Assembly: GCA_963839725.1 (NCBI GenBank)
Contig: CAWIWT010000043.1
Location: forward strand, 1,798 to 65,797
Direction of reading: 5' to 3'
Length of the DNA stretch: 64,000 bases
Source of the DNA: an uncultured Alphaproteobacteria bacterium
GTDB taxonomy: Bacteria > Pseudomonadota > Alphaproteobacteria > Rhizobiales > Rhizobiaceae
The notes under the pieces are model-generated. The model ran no database searches. It saw only the letters and a list, made by a program, of their open reading frames with translations, and had not been told where the DNA came from. Position 1 is the stretch's first letter, and each line of letters opens with the position of its first letter. The translations under genes and the position numbers were made by a program. Shown here one piece after another: positions 20,193 to 31,133 of this stretch.

Positions 20193-20501
20193 ATGCCAAT
20201 CACCACCCTTTCTGCCGAATACGGCATATACAGGCCCGAAGACCTCGCGTTTCTCAAGAGCATATTTGACGAGGTTCAACGGTCGCAAAAACTTCTGGAA
20301 CCGTGGCAGGGAACAGCGCTGGCCCGCCAGATTCTCTACGCTTACAGGACAGGCGTCAGGGATCGCGACCTGTTGCTGAGGACGCTGAACGGCAACTACA
20401 CAAAGCCTCGTCGCACTATCGCTCGCGCGCAGTTGCACAAGTCCAGGCATTTTCAGTTTCCCGAAGGCGAGGCTGGGATCATCAATAGCAGCCAAATGTG
20501 A
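20193..20501 (+). CDS. Hypothetical protein
   Basis: GGAG RBS, 102-aa ORF. Confidence 0.5.
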   Translation: MPITTLSAEYGIYRPEDLAFLKSIFDEVQRSQKLLEPWQGTALARQILYAYRTGVRDRDLLLRTLNGNYTKPRRTIARAQLHKSRHFQFPEGEAGIINSSQM

Positions 20502-20677
20502 GGCTCGCCGGACTCCGCCTCGAAGCCGGGTGCACAACGAACCTTGGCCGATCGTGGCATGTAAAGCTGGTGGAATTCAGTGGTGGAGCGCGCAAATAAC
20601 GTAGCGGGCGAGAACAGGTGTCAGTCTGTTTTCGAACCTGCGTCACGTCAGCAAATTCGAAGATATGAGGTATAACA

Positions 20678-21034
20678 GTGACGAGAACAGCGTTTGTCGG
20701 AGGCTTTCTCTGTTCCTTGTTTCTCAGTACAGCTGTTGTCCGCTCTGAAACAAGCCACGAGTGCTATCAGCGAAATGCAGCTGAATACGGACGAAAGACA
20801 TGCCTTGCGCCTGACCAGCTGGTTGAGACTGTTTTTTCCGCTTGCGCAGAATTGAAGGCATTCAACGACGATGCAATTCGTGCACGGCGACGCGCCGAGT
20901 ACAAGTACCTCAGCTACGAAAAAACGCCCCAAATAGTCGAGCAGGTGGAGAGCAAAGTTCGGGCCGAGTATGTGCGCGATATCCAGCGCTGGATTGTTGA
21001 ATCCAGAATTGCCGCATCTATGTGTTTGAACTGA
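20678..21034 (+). CDS. Hypothetical secreted protein
   Basis: Signal-like N-terminus, four Cys, GAGG upstream. Confidence 0.5.
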   Translation: MTRTAFVGGFLCSLFLSTAVVRSETSHECYQRNAAEYGRKTCLAPDQLVETVFSACAELKAFNDDAIRARRRAEYKYLSYEKTPQIVEQVESKVRAEYVRDIQRWIVESRIAASMCLN

Positions 21035-21247
21035 CCACACCTTTTTGCCGGGAACGAAGGCAAGATCTGCGCGATAGGAGGGTGCCGGCTCCTAAAAGCA
21101 GAACGCTCGTGACGAGGTAGAACGCCGACCACAGACGACTGTCCCGGCGGGAGCCGTGACCGAGGCCGGGATATTTCGATGGCAACGCTATGTGACGCCT
21201 ATGTCTTAGGTTCGCAAGAACCTTCGAGAGCCAACAAGCGAATTCAG

Positions 21248-21361
21248 TCAATATGTGATGCTGTTCAGAACCAGGTAGAGGATGCTGCCGGTGACCACGA
21301 AAAGCAGAAGCATCAGGAGCCAGGCGGTCGGCTCTGTTGATAGGCGATCGAGATATCTCAT
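21248..21361 (-). CDS. 37-aa small membrane protein (not in ORF track)
   Basis: GAGG then MRYLDRLSTEPTAWLLMLLLFVVTGSILYLVLNSITY*. Confidence 0.4.
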   Translation of the reverse strand: MRYLDRLSTEPTAWLLMLLLFVVTGSILYLVLNSITY

Positions 21362-21421
21362 GGGTAAGTCCTCTTCATCGCAGAAAGGAACGCAGATGAG
21401 CCGCTGCCTTGGAGCAGCCGC

Positions 21422-21577
21422 TTATTCTCTGCCTTCTGACGGTCGCGGGCCGCGCGCCGCCTCGGTATCCGATTGCCGATGCATTTCAGCCGTAGCCTTT
21501 CGGATCTGTTCAAAGCGGTTGTCTTCGACGTCCTTAGCCGAAGGCTGAATTTCGGCTTTCTTCCCATAATTGATCAT
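21422..21577 (-). CDS. 51-aa small protein (not in ORF track)
   Basis: AAGGAG 7 nt before ATG; MINYGKKAEIQPSAKDVEDNRFEQIRKA... Confidence 0.4.
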   Translation of the reverse strand: MINYGKKAEIQPSAKDVEDNRFEQIRKATAEMHRQSDTEAARGPRPSEGRE

Positions 21578-21627
21578 TCATGTGCTCCTTGTTGTGAACC
21601 AATGAATCATGAGGAATGCCATCGGCA

Positions 21628-22020
21628 TCAGGTGGCCAAGGCAACCGCGCAGCTCTCGGCCGCGTTCGTATCAGAGGATTTCTGCCCTGGCATGGTCGCC
21701 CAGCCGCCTGCCTCGATGAACTGGCGCTTCTTGTAGCTATCGGCCAGAGCCAGGAATTCGACGCGTTTAGCCGCGGCGTCAGGAGCCGTATTGAAGCGGT
21801 CGACGCAGATCAAAGACGCAAGTTCGCTATGCGCTGTCTTTCCAGCGGCTGCGGCAATATTGCTCGAAGTGCCCCCGGTGACCCAGCCGCCCCAGCTGAA
21901 CCCGACAAACATTGTGGCTGCTGCTGTGCCAACGCAGGCCCAGATGAGCAGGGACTTTGTTGGCTGATAGTTTTCCCATCGTCTCGACAGAGACGGCTTG
22001 CTGCTCGCTTGAACGGTCAT
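21628..22020 (-). CDS. Hypothetical membrane-anchored protein
   Basis: AGGAAGGA RBS; TM segment LLIWACVG...VGFSWGGWVTGG. Confidence 0.65.
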   Translation of the reverse strand: MTVQASSKPSLSRRWENYQPTKSLLIWACVGTAAATMFVGFSWGGWVTGGTSSNIAAAAGKTAHSELASLICVDRFNTAPDAAAKRVEFLALADSYKKRQFIEAGGWATMPGQKSSDTNAAESCAVALAT

Positions 22021-22079
22021 TGCAATAGTCCTTCCTGGTTGATGCCGGGATCGGCAATGCGTTTTGTTGGTGGAGAGGC

Positions 22080-24078
<1,999 letters not shown>

Positions 24079-24132
24079 TGGGTTCTTTCTGCGGCCGGCG
24101 CATAGGGCGGCCACACCACCTGTGTACACCCG

Positions 24133-24159
24133 TTGGCACTCGAATGATAGGAGTGCCAA
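24133..24159. promoter_or_regulatory. CIRCE element (HrcA operator)
   Basis: TTGGCACTC-N9-GAGTGCCAA, a perfect inverted repeat 55 bp upstream of groES. Confidence 0.92.
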
Positions 24160-24797
24160 AAGATATTTATCTCTACAAAAAAATATTCAAAAGGTATGAT
24201 ATCGTTTGATAGTGATAAAAAGCCTGATCAATATTACGGACGCTGAAAAATTGATTTCTTGTGCTGCAAGTCACCATTTGCTATTTTGTATCAGTATATT
24301 TGGCATAGAAATGAGAAGGAGCACATTTCTGGCCAAAAGCAGAGAAATTATTACGGGAAGGGCCGAACCGTGCTTTCTTGAGACACAGCATAAGAGAGGC
24401 GACGGTCGAGTATCAGACCGAGGCGAAGGTAAGGGCCCTAAAACGGGTTGCGGGAGTTGCGAGGCAGAGCGCGCCGCCGAGGCATGGATGCCTGTGGAAC
24501 CCAAAAAGAAGCGGGTGTCGCGCACCAGTTGGGAGCAGAGGCTCTCTGCACCGCCTACGTAAGATGATCCGGTCCGTCTGAAGTGGATGTAGGCCTGGGT
24601 CGCGTCAAACGAGGGTCAGCCTAGACGTTCGTCGCGCTCAGCTGCTCAAATCTGTACGCTGGTTCATCGAAAGATCGAAAACTTCGTAAGTCCACACGCG
24701 GAATGACCTCAGCACATTGGCCCGAATGAATTGATGAGCGGGATATCAGCTTCGGTTCGGGAAAAGTCAGCGCCAACGTTGAACATACCTCAAGCTG

Positions 24798-25100
24798 TTA
24801 GAACCGCGTAGCGAACGTCTGTTGCAGGGTCGCGGCCTTGCGTCTCTTCGCATTGTGCGCGTTCAGAATTATCATTCTGGCAGTTGCATCTGTTTTGCTT
24901 AGCCCGGCCATGGGTCGGCTTCCCATATCTGCCGGTGCCCCGGTGAAGACATGATAGACCGTCCATGAGCCGTCCGGCTCTATGCGCCGGCCGTAGTGAT
25001 GATTCATATCGCAGCAATCTAAAGCTCCGCCTTCATTCTCCCAAATGCTGATATCAACGGCATCGCGATTTTCGCGGCATTTGTGGTTGTTGTCGTTCAT
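24798..25100 (-). CDS. Hypothetical protein
   Basis: 100-aa ORF (WENEGG, WTVYHVFTG). Confidence 0.55.
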   Translation of the reverse strand: MNDNNHKCRENRDAVDISIWENEGGALDCCDMNHHYGRRIEPDGSWTVYHVFTGAPADMGSRPMAGLSKTDATARMIILNAHNAKRRKAATLQQTFATRF

Positions 25101-25373
25101 GGCGGCGTACCTTTTGGACGGGATAGTCGAAACAGCTATGCAGCAGAGTTGGACTGACGCCGGCGAAGCTCGCTCTAGAAGCGCGACCCCATGGACGGTT
25201 GGCCGTCAGTCATGAGTGACGTCTGGAATTACCAGGTGATGCCGAAAAGCGCTGCGGTTGGCGAAAGATATCTGAGGAGGTGGGCGATGGATCGAAGTGA
25301 GAGCCTTCAAGACTTCCTCGACACCGCTTTTGTCGCTTCCGACCGGTTCGCGGACGACATCCGGTCGAAGCGT

Positions 25374-26456
25374 TCATCGCTCGATCACGAGATCGCTCAA
25401 TGGTTTCGAACAGCAAGGAAGGAAGAAGCCGGCATCAATCTCCCGTTGCCTGATACCGCCATCGTGTTTCATGTCGACGGCACCGCTCACCAGCTTGGAT
25501 TTGCACGTTCCACAGATTCCGTTGGCACAGGACGAAGGAACTCTGACGCCGGACCTCTTGGCACAGGACAGCACGGTTTGGTCGGCCCGTACGTCGATGG
25601 ATTTCCCTTGCTTGGAGAACTCCACGCTGAAGGATTTCGCTACATTGACCTCGGCAAAGGGAGCGGCAATCGCGCCGACCACGCCGGAGTCGAAGCTCTC
25701 CTCCCAATAGTCGCCGTCGGGAACACCCAGCTGGGCACTGAGTTTTCTGACCGCCAACATGAATGGCGCTGGGCCGCAGCACATAACGACGCGCTCGGCG
25801 ATGTCCGGCACGGCCAAAGATAGGAACTCCCGCGAAATCCTGCCCGAAAGTCCCGGCCAGCACCTCTCCGACCCGATATCCTCCGGTAGGAGGTGCAACC
25901 TGAAGCCCTTGAGACGGTTCGCCAAATTCGCCAACTCGTGGCGGAAAATCAGGTCCCGCGGGCTTCTTCCGGCATGCAGGAAGACAACGTCCACGGGCTC
26001 GGCGGCATCCGCCAACTCACGGGCCATCGACATCACCGGTGTGATGCCCGAACCTCCGGAAAGGAGGAGGTACTTCTTGGCGACAGGCCTCACGAACTTG
26101 CCGAGCGGGCCGGACGCTCGCACCTTCATATCCGACTTCAGATTGTCGTGGAGCCAATTCGAGACCTTGCCGCCCGGAACCCGCTTGACTGTAATCGTGA
26201 TGGCATTGGCTCGAAGCGGCGAGGACGAAACGCTGTAACAGCGGCCGTCCTCTTCGTTGTCGATTCCGAGTTCGAACATGAAATACTGGCCCGCGCTGAA
26301 CGCGAACTTCTTCCGGTTGGGGGACACGAAGGTAAAACTCTTCACGTCGTGTGTCTCGTCGTGGACATCGACGCAGAGAAGAGTGTCGTCGATTTCGGGA
26401 TTCCAGAGATCGTTGGCAGCCGGCTGCCCGGGTTCGATCAGCAACTCAGTAGCCAT
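25374..26456 (-). CDS. FAD/NAD-binding reductase with C-terminal 2Fe-2S ferredoxin (Rieske oxygenase reductase, GbcB-like)
   Basis: RCYSVSS, SGGSGITP, CCGPAPFM, SCANGICGTC, LPCC. Confidence 0.88.
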   Translation of the reverse strand: MATELLIEPGQPAANDLWNPEIDDTLLCVDVHDETHDVKSFTFVSPNRKKFAFSAGQYFMFELGIDNEEDGRCYSVSSSPLRANAITITVKRVPGGKVSNWLHDNLKSDMKVRASGPLGKFVRPVAKKYLLLSGGSGITPVMSMARELADAAEPVDVVFLHAGRSPRDLIFRHELANLANRLKGFRLHLLPEDIGSERCWPGLSGRISREFLSLAVPDIAERVVMCCGPAPFMLAVRKLSAQLGVPDGDYWEESFDSGVVGAIAAPFAEVNVAKSFSVEFSKQGKSIDVRADQTVLSCAKRSGVRVPSSCANGICGTCKSKLVSGAVDMKHDGGIRQREIDAGFFLPCCSKPLSDLVIER

Positions 26457-26880
26457 GGGCGCGCATCCTTTCGATGTACCAAGTAGCGAAGTCGTCGAGC
26501 GCGCCTTCGCTGAACTTCGAGTAGAGGCCAGGTTCGTAAACGGGGTCTTGGATACCAGCGTGTGAACGGGCCACAAGGTCCGCGTCCTGGTTCGTTGTCT
26601 CGATCCAGACATGCGTGAGCTTGTCTAGGACGTAGTCGACGCCTTCGACCGCATCCTTGTGGACGATCCATTTGGTGCGAACGAGCGTTCTGTCGGCGGC
26701 CAGCGGGATAACGATCGAAGTCACGGCGTGGTCGCCCATGAAGTGGTTCCACGAATTGTGGCCCCAAAGATGCATGTCACCGAGGTCTTTGCGGGTCATT
26801 TGGCCAAGAAGCTTCGACGAAGCCGCGGTGGCGTCTTCCGTTTGCAATTCGCCTTCGCCCGCGAGGATCAGGCGCTGACT
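26446..26880 (-). pseudogene. C-terminal fragment of a Rieske oxygenase alpha subunit (betaine demethylase-like)
   Basis: HNSWNHFMGDHAV, VRTKWIVHKDAVEGVDY, VWIETTNQD; Rieske domain missing. Confidence 0.75.
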
Positions 26881-26923
26881 GCGGAAAGCTTACGCCTTCA
26901 TGCTCGATGGCGGAACCTTTCGA

Positions 26924-27150
26924 TCACCTTGGCGTCGTCAATGGCGCGCTCGGAAATGCAAGTTTCTCGGCTGCTTCGGCAATGGTGATGGCCGGAGTAA
27001 AAGTTTCATTTGCAACTTTTACATCTGGTTCGGAGATCGGCTTTCCGCGTTTCAGATTCGCCAGCTTCGCCCCGGCAAATGCCAATTGCTCGCGGCTCCT
27101 GTGCCGCCGACGCATGTTCAGCGCGATCACCGTGTCGATTGGATCGATGC
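26924..27150 (-). pseudogene. Phage-like ParB-associated protein fragment
   Basis: VIALNMRRRH..REQLAFAGAKLANL...TIAEAAEKL resembles the C-terminal part of phage ParB-like proteins. Confidence 0.4.
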
Positions 27151-27216
27151 CGGGAGGTGCGAAGGTCACGGGCTCTGTGCACACGGTCGGGAATGCGTTT
27201 GGCCCGGCCTGGCGGC

Positions 27217-27400
27217 CTGGACGATTTGCCTGGACGATCTGCCTGGCGCCGGTCGGACGATCTACCTGGCGAGGCAGGATGATCTACATGGTGCCGGCCG
27301 ACCATATGACCGCGTCGATCGACCATGACGAGGCAGGACGATCCACATGGTGCCGGCCCCGGCGCCGGCAGGACGATCTGCAGGCAGGACGATCTACATA
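27217..27400. repeat. Cluster of seven GGA(C/T)GAT(C/T)(T/C) motifs including a 29-bp direct repeat
   Basis: Copies start at 27219, 27232, 27255, 27277, 27336, 27371 and 27387. GAGGCAGGAyGATCyACATGGTGCCGGCC occurs at 27271 and 27330. Confidence 0.8.
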
Positions 27401-27722
27401 CCCGCTACGTTCCCGCCATCATGGGATGGGTTCGCCTCGTCCGGCGGGTCTAGCCATTCCATGCTGAGGGATTCGAGATTTGGTTCCAGTACGACGGGGA
27501 CGAACGCGAGGAAATGCGGCGTCTTTCGATGCGCGTCCAACGACGCCTGATCTTTGAAATCTTCGACAGATGCGAAGGTGTCACTCCCGTCAACATTGAC
27601 ATAGAAATCGAAGCTTACGCATCCGGGTCGAGTTTGCTGGCCGCAATATGCGCCTTTCCCGCGGCGATAGTTTCCTCCAGCTTTCCGGGCTTTACCTTCA
27701 CGGTCCACATCATCTTGCGCAT
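27394..27722 (-). pseudogene. Antibiotic-biosynthesis-monooxygenase (ABM)-family protein with one frameshift near 27620
   Basis: VKVKPGKLEE...PGCVSFDFY...EDFKDQASLDAHRKTPHF. Confidence 0.65.
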
Positions 27723-27983
27723 TTGGGTTATCCTCCGCGACCCTCGCATGAGAAGCTTCGCCCCAGCCCGTGCGAAAGGCAAACCGGTCGACGGGGGGCT
27801 GAGGCTCATGCAGGCAGGTCCGCTCTTCGAGCAAACCAAGTCGTTGCGGTAGGTAGCCGACCCGAGCGGACCATCGGGCACCAAACGTCAGAATTTCACC
27901 ACTCTCATGATTGCTGACAATGGCCTTTGGCGTAGAAATTGGTCCGCTGATCGGATCGGCGGTCGAGGCGCATTGTACGACGG

Positions 27984-28880
27984 ATATGAGGTGCAAGAGG
28001 CGGGACTTGAACGTCGGTCAACAATCTCTCATCCGCGGGTCGGGCCGCATGACCTTGTTTCGTTTGGGGCTGCCTCTGTCTAGGTGCCGAGCGTCAAGGC
28101 TCATAGTGGTGACGAGGGCTCCCCGGCATTGTCCCGCCTCCAGCGCCGCATATCGCGCCGAGGCTGATGTTTGGGTTTTGCGATCTCCTCTGCTGGCTGT
28201 CTGTCAAATAGCGGTCACGCCGCCTTTGGCGCGGATTGAATCGTGCAGGCGATCGACCAGATGAAGCCCACCATCTCGCGTGCGATGGCGGCAATGACGA
28301 CGTTGGCGTTCTTGCCGCGCGCGCTCAGCCGACGATATCGAGTGCACAGCCGAACTTGCGCTTTCCAGCCGATGTCGCGAATGACTTTTGGCAGCGCCTC
28401 GATCCGGTCGACCTTGTGCCGGCCGATGCGCGGCCTCATCCTGTAAGCCCAGGCGCCTTCGACCAGCGCGCGCCGGGCATGGGTGTTGCCGGTCTTGGTG
28501 ATGCCGCCGCGCCAGACGGTCTCGCCACTCGATTGCTCGCCAGGGATCAGGCCAAAATAGGCCATGAGCTGGCGTGGATTGGAGAACCGTGTGAAGTCGC
28601 CGACCTCCGCGACCAGCACCACGGCATTGATCAGCGCGATCCCGCGCATTGCCGGCAAGGCGTCAACGACCGGGCGCTGGTTCCATTGCGGGAGCAGGCT
28701 GAGTATCTGTTCCTCGACCTGCTGCAGCCGCCGTTCCGCATCCATGACGGCTTCGACGTAGTCCTGAAAAGCGATCTGCTGCGCATCTGGTATGTTCCAT
28801 GAGGCCCGTCTCCTATGCATGAGGCTCGGTGCCGGATAGCCGGCCTAACCCTCGTACCCTTGCATATCGGACGACAGGCC
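27984..28880 (-). mobile_element. Internally deleted IS110-family element with flanking non-coding regions (ends approximate)
   Basis: GGAG RBS and ATG 28800 (MEHT) jump out of frame into AQQIAFQDY. The C-terminal domain is retained (FSNPRQLMAYFGLIP..QSSG, ITKTGN..ARRALVEGAW); the DEDD domain is absent. About 230 nt of 3' non-coding region. Confidence 0.7.
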
Positions 28881-29400
28881 ACCCGCAGGCCCAGCAATCA
28901 TAGGAACTAGTTGGCGTCGGTCGGATCGTCCATTCGCGAGGCGCGCAGTTCAAGCGACCGGATTTCCCGGCCATGGCGCGTCATGAAATTGGCAGCCAAT
29001 TGGCGCCTAGAACCAAGGAATTGGCAGGCAAAAGCAAGCTTCCCTTGTTTAAATCAGCATATGAAGCAGACCAACGAAAGGGCACGCAGATCGCCACGCT
29101 GAACGCCAACCTCGCGCTCACCTATGCGGATTTCCTGGTAATCTAGCCAGCTAGTTCGGGAAGACCGCACAATTCCCGTCGCGCTGAACCGAGCCCCCGC
29201 TCTCAACAGCGCGGCGGGCTTTTGCACTCGAACACAACGCTGCCGCAGGTGAGAGTGGGTCACGAACCTGCGGCAGGCTTCCATAGCGGGGGGACCACCA
29301 TGGAGCGCGCAGGAACTGGTGCGGGCCAGATCCTGACACGCCACGAGTTAAACCTATTAGCCGCGCAACTAGTTCCATTTTAGCGTAAATTGTCTGCGTA

Positions 29401-30185
29401 ATGGGCGATAGGCTTAGGTTCAGTGAACCGATGATGCCGACATTGGTGGACAAGCCACCTTCCGGCAACGGTGATTGGCTGACCGAAGTGAAGTTCGACG
29501 GTTGGCGCTGCCAGATCGTGATTGACGCCAGCGGCGTTCGCGTTTTCACCAGGCGAGGCTTTGATTGGACCGATAAGCTGAAGATCATTGCCGAGGCGGC
29601 CGCTGCGGAGATCCGGGTGACATCCGCCATCATCGACGGCGAGCTCGTCTACCCGCAGAGTCCGGCTTCTCGGATTTCCACGCCCTACAGGCGGTGGTTC
29701 GATCACAGTCGGACACACTGCTCTTCATGGCGTTTGACCTGCTCCATCACGATAGCGACTATTTACGTGCAGAGACGGTAGAGGACCGCCGGGAGCGTCT
29801 TTATGCTCTTATCCGTCCCGGAGGCCGCATTCAGTATTCGGACAGCCTACAGGGCACCCCTGGGGACCTGTTTGCTTCGGTCGAGCGAATGGGGCTCGAG
29901 GGCATCGTCTGCAAGCGCCGCGGATCTGTATACGCCAGTGGCCCATCGACCAACTGGCTGAAGGTGAAGACCTTCATGGAAAGCGAACTGGAGATCCTCG
30001 GGGTCCAGCGCACTCCCGGGAAGCCGACGATGGCGCTGATGGGTGAGATCGGCACCCGCCAATATGTCGGCTCCGCCTTCGTCACCTTCGGGCGCCCCGC
30101 AAGCGATCTGTTCAAGGGGATGGTCGAGGCGAACCTCGGGCCACCACCGCGCGACTTCAAGCGCAACTCGAAGGAAGCGGTGCAG
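29401..30185 (+). pseudogene. ATP-dependent DNA ligase (LigD-type ligase domain), frameshifted and truncated
   Basis: EVKFDGWR, IIDGEL, MAFDLL, GLEGIVCKR, WLKVK. Confidence 0.85.
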
Positions 30186-30458
30186 CTCATGAACCGCATC
30201 CTGAAGCATCGCCAAAATCCGCAGACCGCCGCCGATGCGCCGCGCTGGCGCGTGCGCGCGGGACGAGAGGTTGTGGTGGAGCCGGGTATGGGCGGGCGAT
30301 TGATCGCGGCTCTCGAGCGCAAGGGGCACAAAATCACCATCGAACGACCGGACGTCTCGTTCGCATTTGGCGGTGCGCAGATCGTCATGCGGATGGACGA
30401 GGAGGGATATGTCGCCGGATCCGACGGCCGCAAGGATGGGATGGCTATTGCGCTATGA
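30180..30458 (+). pseudogene. C-terminal fragment of gamma-glutamyltransferase, fused in frame to the ligase remnant
   Basis: QNPQTAADAPRW, FGGAQIV, AGSDGRKDG. Confidence 0.75.
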
Positions 30459-31133
30459 AGACCGGCCGCCAGATTGTCGGCCTCCTTCTCTCCCGCTTCC
30501 AGTTGTCGCATCACATCGGACGCTGAAAGCACAGCGCGGAGACGAGCCGTTGCGATCCGAAGCGCCTTCGCGACAAAAAGGCGTTTTTCGTCAGCCCTGT
30601 GAGCGCGGCGACCTGAACACGCGGATGCGGCATCGGTGATCGATGCCATTTGCCAGGCCGCGTTGGAGCGTTTGTCGCGCTCCAGCCGACGACCGCCAGC
30701 CTCGGCTGGCGATCGCGTGAACCGGTCCGGCCGCCAGCCGAAGGATGCGATCAATTGACATCCGCCTACGAAGATCGCTCTGGCGACCTGCAGGCAACCA
30801 GCGGCCGGACCAAGCTGTCCGATCCGATGGACTGAGGTCCACAAGTGATCCTGTTCGCGCCAAATTAGCAATCTTTGGAGGTCACCCCGGCAATGCCCAC
30901 TAGGGGTCAGACTTTCGCGTTGGTCGACGGCCGGGATGCGCCAACCGCTGCCGTTCGCTTGTGGCGGAAGGAACGGCCACTCGTTGATGCAGAGGGTCGT
31001 TCGCCGCCGGAGGCGATATGAGGTGATCTGCACCCTATTCAGACGTCCCGGAGATTAGTTCTTGTCGTCGAGAAAATACAAAGAACGACGCATGCGTGCT
31101 GGGTTTGATCTTGGGGGCCTTCTGAAAGTGCAT

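Noticed and set aside
27217-27400. Possible CRISPR array
   Set aside because: The repeat unit is about 9 bp, spacing is irregular (13-59 nt), and there are no cas genes.
29240-29276. Perfect 10-bp inverted repeat CTGCCGCAGG-N17-CCTGCGGCAG
   Set aside because: Single copy with no U-tract and no associated gene, so no function can be supported.
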